From: an uncultured Anaerolineales bacterium
GTDB lineage: Bacteria > Chloroflexota > Anaerolineae > Anaerolineales > UBA11858
Assembly: GCA_964613985.1 (NCBI GenBank)
Contig: CAZTJD010000003.1
Location: 35,791 to 99,790, forward strand
DNA: 64,000 bases
Reading direction: 5' to 3'
Shown here: piece after piece, positions 19,774 through 29,678 of the stretch
How positions within the stretch are numbered: position 1 is the stretch's first letter
Layout of the letters: every line of letters begins with the position of its first letter
Notes under the pieces: generated by a model
The model's input: only the letters and a program-made list of their open reading frames with translations
Database searches by the model: none
What the model was told of the DNA's origin: nothing
Program-made: the position numbers and the translations under genes

Positions 19774-20997
19774 TCACGCTCCGATCCATTCCACGATAGT
19801 CGCCTCCCCCTGACCTACCCCAACGCAAAGAGTCGCCAGCCCGTAGTAAGGTCGCTTCTCCGAGGGAGCTCGGCGCTTCATCTCATGCAGCAGGGTGGTC
19901 AGGATGCGCGCCCCCGAACAGCCCAGAGGGTGCCCCAGGGCGACTGCACCACCGTTAACATTGACGATCTCGGGATCCATCCCCAGCTGCTTCATCACTG
20001 CCAGGGACTGCACCGCAAAGGCTTCGTTGAGTTCGATCAAGCCGATGTCCGCCAGACTGAGGCCGGCTCGTGAGAGGACTTTTTTCGTTGCTGGAACGGG
20101 GCCTAAACCCATAGTGCGGGGTGCCACTCCAGCAGCAGCTGAAGCCATCACTCGCACCATCGGCTTCAAGCCTAAGGCAGCTGCCTGCGCATCGCTCGTG
20201 ATCAAGACCGCTGCTGCGCCATCATTTAATCCCGATGAGTTCCCTGCCGTGACTGTGCCGCCTTCCCGGAAGGCGGGTTTCAGCCTGCCCAAAGCCTCCA
20301 TGGAGGTATCCCGCCGCGGTCGCTCATCTTTGTCCACAATCAGCGGATCACCTCGACGTTGAGGCACCCTCACAGCCACGATCTCTTCAGCAAATCGACC
20401 GTCATCCATCGCCGCAACCGCCCGTTGGTGGCTGCGTAGGGCGAAAGAATCCTGCATCTGGCGAGTGATCTGCGGCATCAGTTCGTAGATATTTTCAGCG
20501 GTTTCACCCATTGCTTCTGTGCCGTAGGTTGTTTCCATTTCGGGGTGGGGATAACGCCAGCCGAAGGCAGTGTCCCACATGGTCAGATTCCCCCAGGGAT
20601 AACCCATCTCTGCTTTAGGTACGGAGTAGGGTCCGCGGGTCATACTCTCTACCCCGCCGGCGATATAGACATCTCCTTCACCGACTTTAATCGCCCGGTA
20701 AGCCATGTTGACAGCGTTCAAGCCGGAGGCGCACAGTCGGTTGAAGGTTACCGCGGCTACTTCCACAGGAAACCTAGCCAACAGAGACGCCATACGGGCG
20801 ACATTGCGATTATCTTCACCAGCCTGGTTGGCGCAGCCCAGGTAGACCTCCTCCACCATTGCCGGATCAATTCCCGTGCGATCGACAATGGCCTTGAGCA
20901 CGATTGCTGCCAGGTCATCAGGACGGATAGAAGACAAACCACCCCGAAAATTGCCTACTGGGGTACGTACAGCATCAATGATTACTGCCTCAGGCAT
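19774..20997 (-). CDS. Acetyl-CoA C-acyltransferase (thiolase, PcaF/PaaJ-like)
   Basis: [41 protein letters not shown]. Confidence 0.93.
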   Translation of the reverse strand: MPEAVIIDAVRTPVGNFRGGLSSIRPDDLAAIVLKAIVDRTGIDPAMVEEVYLGCANQAGEDNRNVARMASLLARFPVEVAAVTFNRLCASGLNAVNMAYRAIKVGEGDVYIAGGVESMTRGPYSVPKAEMGYPWGNLTMWDTAFGWRYPHPEMETTYGTEAMGETAENIYELMPQITRQMQDSFALRSHQRAVAAMDDGRFAEEIVAVRVPQRRGDPLIVDKDERPRRDTSMEALGRLKPAFREGGTVTAGNSSGLNDGAAAVLITSDAQAAALGLKPMVRVMASAAAGVAPRTMGLGPVPATKKVLSRAGLSLADIGLIELNEAFAVQSLAVMKQLGMDPEIVNVNGGAVALGHPLGCSGARILTTLLHEMKRRAPSEKRPYYGLATLCVGVGQGEATIVEWIGA

Positions 20998-21137
20998 AGG
21001 ACCTCCAAATATCTATATTCTAGTGCGAAAATTAATTTTCCTCTTGTCGATTTTACCACTTTCTTAAAATCCCCTCTCGGTTCGTGAGAAAGGGAAGGGC
21101 GAAGGATATTCCCATTGAAAAAAGAGGCTTCGGGTTA

Positions 21138-21671
21138 TTACTCGATATTGCCTTTCTCCATCGACAACAACCAGGCTTTCGTCTTCAAGCCCTCCCCTGC
21201 GCTATAACCTTGCAGTTTTCCATGAGCAGCGATCACGCGGTGACAGGGAATCACCAGGGGCATCGGATTGGTCGCATTCGCCTGACCCACTGCACGCGCT
21301 GCCCCTGGCTTCCCTATAAGTGCTGCAACCTGACCATATGTTCGGGTTTTCCCATATGGGATAGTGTTAACTGTTTGTAGTACTGCTGTCTGAAAAGAAG
21401 ACATTACTGACCAATCTATCCGCAGTTCAAACTGCTTTCGCCTCCCCTGCAGGTACTCAATTATCTCTAACACTGCCTCCTGTGCCTGAATCTTATGATC
21501 ACCAACAACAATCTGGTTACCCTTGACCAAACCCTGGATGAAGCCTGTCTCATTTCCTCCGATTTGAACGACCACAACCCCGGCACTTGATACGGCTACC
21601 CAGACTCCTCCAATCGCCGCTTCTTCTGATCCAGCTACACTTACTGGTTTAACCCTATCAACTTTTACCAT
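21138..21671 (-). CDS. ogt: Methylated-DNA--protein-cysteine methyltransferase
   Basis: IPYGKTRTYG, ARAVGQA, NPMPLVIPCHRV active-site motif. Confidence 0.92.
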   Translation of the reverse strand: MVKVDRVKPVSVAGSEEAAIGGVWVAVSSAGVVVVQIGGNETGFIQGLVKGNQIVVGDHKIQAQEAVLEIIEYLQGRRKQFELRIDWSVMSSFQTAVLQTVNTIPYGKTRTYGQVAALIGKPGAARAVGQANATNPMPLVIPCHRVIAAHGKLQGYSAGEGLKTKAWLLSMEKGNIE

Positions 21672-21756
21672 CCATTAACCTCCATTCGACGATTTGACAA
21701 ACCACCACCCTCCACCCAACTTCAACCCTTCCTTCATTAACCCCATCAATCGTCAC

Positions 21757-22662
21757 CTAATAATTCGTAACCATATCGATCATCCCCCGTTCTTTAGCGC
21801 GATTTTCGCACCAGTAGAACACCAGGGCCGAAAGCACAGCGAAGACAGCTGTCATTCCCAATAAGATTCCGAGTAATTCCAGGTTGCTGAATCCTGCCAG
21901 GGTTGGATATGACGCAGCGATCGAACCCACCATCGCCCTTCGAAGCAGCTCCAACCAGTAAGAAATCGGCATCAGGTATCCCAGTGGACGCAGGAACGAG
22001 GGCAGCACCTCCAAGGGGAAAATAGCACCGCTGAACAGGTACAAGGCACCCGCTACGGCATCGCCGATAAACCAGACATGGTTTACCAGCATCAGGGTTA
22101 CCCCAGCCAGAATCAAACCCATCATTGCCAGCATTAAGACCCCGATGAACAGACTGAGAGCGAACAGCCCCCAGTCTACTGCCAGGAAATCGATCTCAAC
22201 ATGTAGAAACAGCTTCCCAGCCAGAATGGTGATCAGGACGGAAATCGAGGCGACGATGAAACGTGCCACCCCCCTTCCCAATAGGTAACTGGGGACATGG
22301 ATGGGGGCAATATAGATGTACCTCAAGGTCCGATAATGCTCGCGATCGTCAATGACTGCCCACGAGATACCTGTCATCATCTGCCCCACATACATATAGA
22401 AGGCATTGCCCAGGTACATGTATAAGAATAACGGATCGCTAAAGTTTCCCTGGGTGATGATGCTATACATCACCACCAGGATTGCTGCGCCGGCAAGAGG
22501 TTTGACAATGGAATAAATCGCAAATAAGAAAGGATCGGTCCAGTTCGATTCAATCTGCCAACCCAACCAAGCTGCAATCCGGAAAGATTTCCAGAACGTA
22601 CCCAAGCTGGGGAACAAGTTCTGCCTGTCCGGGAAGATCGATTTATCCTTACTTAATTCCAC
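21757..22662 (-). CDS. ABC-2 type exporter permease
   Basis: Six TM-like segments, LFSGAIFPLEVLP, PISYWLELLR. Confidence 0.85.
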   Translation of the reverse strand: MELSKDKSIFPDRQNLFPSLGTFWKSFRIAAWLGWQIESNWTDPFLFAIYSIVKPLAGAAILVVMYSIITQGNFSDPLFLYMYLGNAFYMYVGQMMTGISWAVIDDREHYRTLRYIYIAPIHVPSYLLGRGVARFIVASISVLITILAGKLFLHVEIDFLAVDWGLFALSLFIGVLMLAMMGLILAGVTLMLVNHVWFIGDAVAGALYLFSGAIFPLEVLPSFLRPLGYLMPISYWLELLRRAMVGSIAASYPTLAGFSNLELLGILLGMTAVFAVLSALVFYWCENRAKERGMIDMVTNY

Positions 22663-22815
22663 ATTTACACCACAACAGCGATTATTCTTGCCTTAATTTT
22701 CATTTTTCTTCACTAATACATAATGAGGGTCATTATCATGTGACGAGAGAAATGTCATGCGTTTATCCAAAAATTTTTGCCATTATTAATTTTCGGTCCT
22801 TATCGTCCCAATCAT

Positions 22816-23667
22816 TTAACGGCGGTTTTCTGTTATCCTACCTTCTCTAACTGCCAGCCTTTCCATGTAATCCAACAGAAATTTTGCCGCCACCAGGAAG
22901 CCTGCGCAGAGCACCACCAGGATGACGATCTCGATCTTCACACTCAGGAAGCCAAAACTCGCTCCTGAGGCGAAGACCAGCTGCCGCATGGCATCCATCC
23001 CCAGTGTAAGCGGGATGAGTGAAGCCCCAGCAGCAATCCAGAAATTGAAGCTCTTAATTGGGAAATAAAACCCTGAGAAAAGGTATACTGGCTCCTGGGC
23101 GAGGTTTGAGAGGTGCCAGGCCTCCCGGCTGAGAAGCAGGAAAACCGAGGCGAACATCATTCCCATCCCGTATAGCGCCAACATCGCCAGGGTAAAGACT
23201 GCAAATAACTGGCTAAAACTCGCCACTTCGTAGGGAACGCTGAAGATCCAGCTGCCTAACACCGTGATCACCAGAGCTCGGATCGTGGTTGCCAACATCC
23301 CACCCAAAGCCATACCTAACAGGATCGCCATCATCGAGTTTGGCGCCATGATATACAACCCCAGGTTGCCTGTCTCTTTCTCCCAATAAAGCTGGCTGGA
23401 CATCCCCCACAGGATATTCATCCAGAAGGCGGTCATTGCCCCACCCATGACCACAAAACCAATGTATTCATCTGGCGCCCTGATCGCCCGGTAGACAAAG
23501 ACATAGGCAGAGACAGCTAAAAGGGGAAGGAAGATCTCAAAGAACATCCAGGACTTTTCTCGCTGCTGTCCAATGATTCTGGGATAAGCTCGTGCCAGAA
23601 CTGTTTGCACAAACAGCCTTACCCCAGAAGATCTCTCAATCACCACTTTCTCGGCTTTTAATTCCAT
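22816..23667 (-). CDS. ABC-2 type exporter permease
   Basis: WEKETGNL, LFSGFYFP, PLTLGMDAMR; hydrophobic. Confidence 0.85.
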   Translation of the reverse strand: MELKAEKVVIERSSGVRLFVQTVLARAYPRIIGQQREKSWMFFEIFLPLLAVSAYVFVYRAIRAPDEYIGFVVMGGAMTAFWMNILWGMSSQLYWEKETGNLGLYIMAPNSMMAILLGMALGGMLATTIRALVITVLGSWIFSVPYEVASFSQLFAVFTLAMLALYGMGMMFASVFLLLSREAWHLSNLAQEPVYLFSGFYFPIKSFNFWIAAGASLIPLTLGMDAMRQLVFASGASFGFLSVKIEIVILVVLCAGFLVAAKFLLDYMERLAVREGRITENRR

Positions 23668-23691
23668 TCTTTATTCTTCGATCGTCAACTA

Positions 23692-24696
23692 TCAATCTTC
23701 ACTTTTCTCCACTTCATCCATCCGCTGCCCGACCAGCTCAACAAACACATCTTCCAAGGATGGCTCGCGCTTCTGCAGGTTGAGGATATGGATGTTATTG
23801 GTTGTCAGTTTATTGACGATTCCCGCCAGGGCGTCGTCTGTCTCCAGGATTATGTCCAGCTCCGAATGACCATCGTGAAGCGTGTGGCTGATTTTTCTCA
23901 CTCCCGGCAAAGCCTCGAAAGCAGCTGTGAACTCACCATTCAACGGGCTCACCTCCATGTAGAAGATCACCTGTTTCTGCAACGCCCGTTTCAGACGCGA
24001 AGGGCGATCACACGCCAGCACCACACCTTCGTTAATGATGGCTACCCGGTCGCACAGCTCGTCAGCTTCCACCATGTAATGGGTGGTCAGCAGCACTGTC
24101 CGGTTGGGATTCTCATCCATCCAGGTGCATATAAACTGCCTCACATCCCGGGACGCACCAACATCCAAACCAAGGGTCGGTTCGTCCAGGAACAACACTT
24201 CCGGGTCCGTCATAAAACCACGAACGATGTTCATTTTCTGTCGCAATCCGGTCGATAAATCCGATGACTTGGTGTTCATGCGGTCCGCCAATCCAACCAC
24301 CTGTAACAACTCCTTGATCCGGGTATTAGCTTCCTTGGAAGGCATGCCGTAGAATTGGGAGAACATCCACAGATTTTCCCGCACCGTCAGCAGCCCGTAT
24401 CCCGAGGTCTCTCCACCCGAGACCATGTTGATCCGTTCTCGTACTTTCACCGGGTCCTGGCTTACATCATAACCTGAGACCCAAGCCTTGCCAGATGATG
24501 GCGACAACAAGGTGGTCAAAATCTTGATCAGTGTGGTCTTGCCAGCCCCGTTTGGCCCTAGCAGCCCGAAAAGCTCTCCCGGTTGCACCTCGATATTCAC
24601 ATCTCTCAGTGCTACCAGCTCACGGGGATCTTCTTTCTTCCCACCGCGAATTTTGTAGATCCGACCCAGATTCAATGTTTTTATTGCAAAATCCAT
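23692..24696 (-). CDS. ABC exporter ATP-binding protein (DrrA-like)
   Basis: GPNGAGKTT, LSTGLRQK, LFLDEPTLGLD, TTHYMVEA, PSLEDVF. Confidence 0.92.
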   Translation of the reverse strand: MDFAIKTLNLGRIYKIRGGKKEDPRELVALRDVNIEVQPGELFGLLGPNGAGKTTLIKILTTLLSPSSGKAWVSGYDVSQDPVKVRERINMVSGGETSGYGLLTVRENLWMFSQFYGMPSKEANTRIKELLQVVGLADRMNTKSSDLSTGLRQKMNIVRGFMTDPEVLFLDEPTLGLDVGASRDVRQFICTWMDENPNRTVLLTTHYMVEADELCDRVAIINEGVVLACDRPSRLKRALQKQVIFYMEVSPLNGEFTAAFEALPGVRKISHTLHDGHSELDIILETDDALAGIVNKLTTNNIHILNLQKREPSLEDVFVELVGQRMDEVEKSED

Positions 24697-24825
24697 GGAA
24701 AAAACCGTCTTTTTATCAATTTTGTTGGGATATCGTAGGGTAATCGTAGGTTAAACGTCAAGTAAATCCGACATAGCAGAGGTAATATATGGTTGAAGGG
24801 CGATTTCTCTTCTTCTCCTCCTTAG

Positions 24826-24858
24826 AGAGAGCCGGGATTGGCGAACCCGGCTCTCTAC
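24826..24858. repeat. GTAG-type REP-like hairpin (may also act as a terminator)
   Basis: AGAGAGCCGGG-ATTGGCGAA-CCCGGCTCTCT ending in CTAC. A related degenerate copy lies at 26244-26270. Confidence 0.5.
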
Positions 24859-24922
24859 GATTTAAAGGGAGATTACAATTCTAAGGAAACCGGTGGAGGA
24901 TTCTATCCATCCAAAAACGCTA

Positions 24923-25627
24923 TTATAATCCCGCTTTCGCTTTCATGCTTTGCAACCAGGTTACCACGGGGACCATATCCTGGTATATCTCAAAGCATTG
25001 ATCAGCAAGTCCAGCCGAAAACAATGCAGGTGGAATTGCTTCTTCCATCGCAAAAGTCAACCCGCTGTAACGCAGCAAATCTGCAAGTGGATGGTCCAGG
25101 CTGTATCCTTGCGGAACGCGTTTATAAATTTTCTGACCGATAGCATATCCTCTCCGAATTGCCTGAGTCACATGATCCGAAAGGGCAAGCCCAAGTTCTG
25201 GATCAATGACTGCCTCTCGAAAAGCTTTCAGCAGGGTCTTGGTGAAATTATGGATCCCTGCACCAAGCATCAAGGTCTTCGCATCCAGGCTGAAGTAATA
25301 GCCCGGGTTCTCAAACTTAGCCCCTGACACCCCTACCGGAAACCACAGCGCCAGGTTGGTCTTATTAAGGAGTCTTATCCTTGCTGAAGCGGATATCGCG
25401 GTAAATGCGGAAGATCGACTTGTTCACTCTCGGGTCTGCAACCACATCGGAAGAAAGCGCCTGCAACCTCTCTCCCATCGCTACTACGAAATCTTTCGCT
25501 GGTGCCATGACATGGTGACCGTAGTCCTGCCTGTGCTGGTCATACCATGCCTTGTTGTTATTCCCTGAGAGGTCATTAAGAATTTAATCGTTTCCTTTGA
25601 GAAACCTTCAAATATGTTAGGTTTCAT
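24923..25627 (-). pseudogene. DUF2461 (TIGR02453)-family gene with two frameshifts
   Basis: MKPNIFEGFSKETIKF / NDLSGNNNKAWYDQH...SIFRIYRDIRFSKDKTP / KTNLALWF...YKRVPQGY...HPLADLLRY. One base is missing near 25577 and one is extra near 25365. Confidence 0.85.
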
Positions 25628-25642
25628 CTCGAACTCCTTCCA

Positions 25643-26014
25643 TCAATCTCTTGACTCAATTGAGAATTTATTCCCCTCGGGGTCCTCACCATCACAAACA
25701 AATACACCCGGTGCTGCTTTGCGCACCTCACCAAGGAGTACGCCTCTTTCCAGCAAGGTCTCCCTTGTCTCCTCCATGTCTGTTACTTGAAAAACAAACC
25801 TCGGCGCATCTCGACCAAAATCGCCCTTGCCACCGCCATGCAGCGCAAGGACACATTCCCCGGTCTCAAATGTCACCCACTTTTGGTCATCATAGGAGTC
25901 CAGGTCCCGTGGGTAGCTTAATGGTAACTCCAGTGTGTCTCGATAGAAACTCACCTGAGGGTCCATGTCCTGTACATAGAGGATCACTTCGATAATTGGG
26001 CCAATTTTCATCAT
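25643..26014 (-). CDS. VOC/glyoxalase-family protein
   Basis: VILYVQDM...FYRDTL, FVFQVTDM, DPEGNKFSI. Confidence 0.88.
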   Translation of the reverse strand: MMKIGPIIEVILYVQDMDPQVSFYRDTLELPLSYPRDLDSYDDQKWVTFETGECVLALHGGGKGDFGRDAPRFVFQVTDMEETRETLLERGVLLGEVRKAAPGVFVCDGEDPEGNKFSIESRD

Positions 26015-26282
26015 CAACAGTCTCCTTCAAGGAAAATGAACCTGAGCTCTTACCAGGTCAAGACCGAATAGGATTAGAACATTTGTTCCATTCTTGATTC
26101 TATCACAAATCGCTGCGATTTTATATCACATTTTCCTCAATCTGCTCAAACTGTTCAGGAATCAATCCCATCAGGTCTTCATGGATCCGGGGATCTATAA
26201 ACCAGCAAATCAGCAACCGTCATATCGATCGACTGAGAAATGAATAGACGACTTGGCAACTACGTCCTACTGACCGCTGAAT

Positions 26283-29200
26283 TCACTTATAACCGACTCT
26301 TAATGGGTAGGAGATAATTTTGGGTACCAGGAACCAAAAGCAGGCCTGCGGTCGAACACCCAAGGACTTCTCCACCGCATCGGCATAGAGCTCCAACTGC
26401 ATCTGATAACGTTCGGCAATTTTTTCAATTTCACTTTCTGGCGCCCAATCGGTCTTCCAATCCACTAAATGCCATTCCTTGTAGTCATCCTGGTAGAGCA
26501 GGTCGATGACCCCTTGCAGTATCCCCTGCGGGGCGTCCAGGGTGAAGGGCAGCTCATGATAGCGCCTGGTTGCCCGATTCACCCGCTCATAAATGGGGTG
26601 ATTCCTCAGCCGTGACAGAATATCACTCGCTCGCCGCACAGCATCGGGCAGCATTTCCTCGCTGACACCTTCCTGCCGGGCAAGAGTCTCCAAAAGAACC
26701 AACAGCTTCCCTTCTTCGTCGGCAAGCAGTGTCCATTGAGCCAGTGCCTTGTGGACGATCTTTCCAACCAATCTCCGGGGTGTTTTTTGCTCCTTTTTAA
26801 GAATCTCCAACTGCCAGATTGCGGGTCGCAGTCCATCTTGGGTAATCCCCTCATCACGCAGAGACCTTACCCAGTGGGTAACCGCAATGGGTCTTCGTTC
26901 CAGTTCACCCGGCAGGCTTCGAGCAAGAGGCGGGATTTCCCTTATATCGGGGAGTCTTTGCGGTGCAGGTTTTTCTCTCGCCTGAAGGATCTCCGGCGGT
27001 GTTTCAGGACGGTATATCATCAATCCGTAATCTTCATAAAGGAGATTTTCCGCGGCGGGTCCATCCGCATTGATCGACCAAGCATCCAGGATTTCCGCTA
27101 GCCAAGAATTCCTTTCGCCCAGTTTTCCAACCATAATCAGGAGGTCTGCAGCGCGAGTGCAAGCAACGTACAACAGCCGCTTACTTTCCGCCTCTTCCAT
27201 GGCTTCGTGCATCCATTTCCCCCAGCTATATCCTGCTGGAGCAACCCAATCACCTGCGGTGTCACGGACCTTGCACACGATCCCAAAAGCAGGATCATGC
27301 AGTAAGTACGGCGACCCAAAACCTGTCCGCTTCCCCCGTCCCAAATCCGCCAACACAACAACAGGGAACTCCAATCCTTTGGCGGCATGGATCGACATTA
27401 ATTGCACCGCCCCGCTTTCCGGTTCGTGGCCTAAAGCCTCCCCTTCCCTGGCTTCGCGAGTCTGTAAATCCCGCAGCTGCCGCAGAAATCCGGCTGGATT
27501 TTGCCCGCCCCTTTGCCTGGCCAGGGCGACAAACTTGTTGACATTGGAGAGCTGCCTTCCGTGCTCACCATCCGAGATTGCCATCACGGCTTCATAAGCG
27601 GTTAAATCCAGGGAAGTCCGGAGCAGTTGCCATACATCGATGCGGTTAGCCTGTTCCCACAAATGTTCCAGGATTTCCATTGCCCGCCTGACAAGCGCAG
27701 GCTGATCGTTTTCTGGCGGTTGGGAGAGCGCCTGCCGGTAGGGCAGTGGTCCTGCTGACCGACCTCCTTCGGTCTTCTGACTATCATGCCATCGAAGGCG
27801 ATACAGGGTTTCATCGCTCAAAGAAAACAACGGCGACCGCAGCGCAGCTGCCAGGTTCAGGTCGTCTGCTGGGTTCGCCAGGGCAGCCAACAGGGCAATC
27901 AGGTCTCGTACTTCTGGTCGGTCATAATAGCCACGTCCACTTACAGTCAGATAGGGTAATCCCAGGTCTTTAAAAGCAGCCTCATAAAGGGGCAACTGCG
28001 TGGTGGCTCGAAAGAGCACGGCGGCATCCTTGTACTCAAAAGGACGGTAGACCTCTTCGTCTTTATCCCAAACCAGGAACCTGTCCTCTTTCAACGCCAG
28101 CAGCCGCTGTCCAATCCACCCCGCCTCCCAAATACGGGCTTCTTCCATGTTGAGCCTGCCCTCTCCAGCTGGGTCCTCCACCGGCAGCAGCAGCATCTCC
28201 ACTGGGGTCTGTAATCCTGGAAGAGTACTTCGGCTGGCGATTAGTGGTCCAGGTACTGTTTCAAAATCCGCCCGTTTTTCCCTAGGGGATGCAAAGACGA
28301 CGTTGAACAGATCATTCATCGCCTGTATTAGGCCGTGATGACTGCGGAAGGAGGTGCTCAGGCGTGTCGCCTCGTGCCCGGTAAATTCCTTCACTTTTTT
28401 TGCCGTCTGGTTGAAAATGCTCACTTGCGCCTGTCGGAAGCGGTAAATACTCTGCTTGGCATCTCCCACCACGAAGAGCTTTCCTGACTGCTCCGGTGGC
28501 GCCAAGGCATACACGATCCGCTGCTGGATTGGATTAGTGTCCTGGAACTCGTCCACCATCAGGTGGCTGATCTCAGCCAGGAAACCCCTTAGCCGTTCTC
28601 CGTGAGGCCTTGTATGAAGCAGCTGCTTGGTGAGAAGCTCCAGGTCATCAAAATCAAGCGCCTGTTTAACCGTCTTAATTTCAGTGTAAACCGAATCCAA
28701 CAAGTCCCAAAGTGATCGCCACAATTGAAGATGTTGGGCAGCTGCCTGATCCATTTCGTCTATCAGCAGCAACCCACCAGCCTTTTCATAAGCCTGGGCT
28801 GCTGCTCGCAGCGTCTTCAAACCATCCCGTAAATCCGCAAATGCCTCTTTCCCACCCCAGTTCGCCTGCTTGCCGCCTCTCAAACCAATCGTGAGCCATG
28901 CTTTTACGGCTGTTGACAAATCCTCCTTGAAGTAAGCACGACACCCCTCTTGCGCCAAACGCACCGTACCCGCGAGAACATCTTCCGGATCGTTGATCGG
29001 GATCCCCAGCAGCGATTGGATCACCTGCACCAGTTTGGGGTTCTCCCAAAGCTGTGTTTCCCAAACCGCTGTGCGCATCTCCTCAAGGCCTAATTCCCAA
29101 CGGTTCAGCATTCCTTCGGGATTTGACAGGTCATGAAACAAGTGGTGCAAGGTGCCCCGTTTCTGTAGCATCCCTTCCATTTCATTGCGCAGGTCGTAAA

Positions 29201-29678
29201 CGCGCAGCGAGACCAACAGCGCCAGAGCAGGGTCGTTTTTCTCGTCCAGGGTTTGAATCGTCTTACGGATCGCCTCCTCTTTCAGCAGGTCCGCCTCCTG
29301 TTCGTCCAATACCTGAAAGTGTGGGTCGATTCCAACAGCAACCGCGTTCTCCCGCAGGATCCGGGAGCAAAGGCTGTGAATCGTACTTACCCGCATGCGA
29401 TCCAGATTAAGACGATGTTCCTGCCAGCGGTCCTGTTCCGGCATCTCTCTGGCTTTTCCTTCGATTGCCTGCCGCAGCCGGGTGCGCATTTCACGCGCCG
29501 CCTTCTCGGTGAAGGTAATTGCCAGGATACTTTCCAGGGGCCAATCGGGATGAGTTTCCAGCAGGTGTATAAAACGCTGCACCAACACCCAAGTCTTACC
29601 AGTTCCGGCGCCAGCTTCCACCACCAACGCCCGTCCCTGGGTTTGAATGGCAAGGGCCTGCTCTGGTGTTGGCTTCAT
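26283..29678 (-). CDS. addA: AddA-like UvrD helicase with C-terminal RecB-type nuclease
   Basis: EAGAGTGKT, ITFTEKAA, VDEFQDTN, VGDAKQSIYRFR, SIHAAKGLEF, LYVACTRA, GVIDLL...VDWKTD...QLELY. ATGA overlap with the upstream gene. Confidence 0.88.
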   Translation of the reverse strand: MKPTPEQALAIQTQGRALVVEAGAGTGKTWVLVQRFIHLLETHPDWPLESILAITFTEKAAREMRTRLRQAIEGKAREMPEQDRWQEHRLNLDRMRVSTIHSLCSRILRENAVAVGIDPHFQVLDEQEADLLKEEAIRKTIQTLDEKNDPALALLVSLRVYDLRNEMEGMLQKRGTLHHLFHDLSNPEGMLNRWELGLEEMRTAVWETQLWENPKLVQVIQSLLGIPINDPEDVLAGTVRLAQEGCRAYFKEDLSTAVKAWLTIGLRGGKQANWGGKEAFADLRDGLKTLRAAAQAYEKAGGLLLIDEMDQAAAQHLQLWRSLWDLLDSVYTEIKTVKQALDFDDLELLTKQLLHTRPHGERLRGFLAEISHLMVDEFQDTNPIQQRIVYALAPPEQSGKLFVVGDAKQSIYRFRQAQVSIFNQTAKKVKEFTGHEATRLSTSFRSHHGLIQAMNDLFNVVFASPREKRADFETVPGPLIASRSTLPGLQTPVEMLLLPVEDPAGEGRLNMEEARIWEAGWIGQRLLALKEDRFLVWDKDEEVYRPFEYKDAAVLFRATTQLPLYEAAFKDLGLPYLTVSGRGYYDRPEVRDLIALLAALANPADDLNLAAALRSPLFSLSDETLYRLRWHDSQKTEGGRSAGPLPYRQALSQPPENDQPALVRRAMEILEHLWEQANRIDVWQLLRTSLDLTAYEAVMAISDGEHGRQLSNVNKFVALARQRGGQNPAGFLRQLRDLQTREAREGEALGHEPESGAVQLMSIHAAKGLEFPVVVLADLGRGKRTGFGSPYLLHDPAFGIVCKVRDTAGDWVAPAGYSWGKWMHEAMEEAESKRLLYVACTRAADLLIMVGKLGERNSWLAEILDAWSINADGPAAENLLYEDYGLMIYRPETPPEILQAREKPAPQRLPDIREIPPLARSLPGELERRPIAVTHWVRSLRDEGITQDGLRPAIWQLEILKKEQKTPRRLVGKIVHKALAQWTLLADEEGKLLVLLETLARQEGVSEEMLPDAVRRASDILSRLRNHPIYERVNRATRRYHELPFTLDAPQGILQGVIDLLYQDDYKEWHLVDWKTDWAPESEIEKIAERYQMQLELYADAVEKSLGVRPQACFWFLVPKIISYPLRVGYK

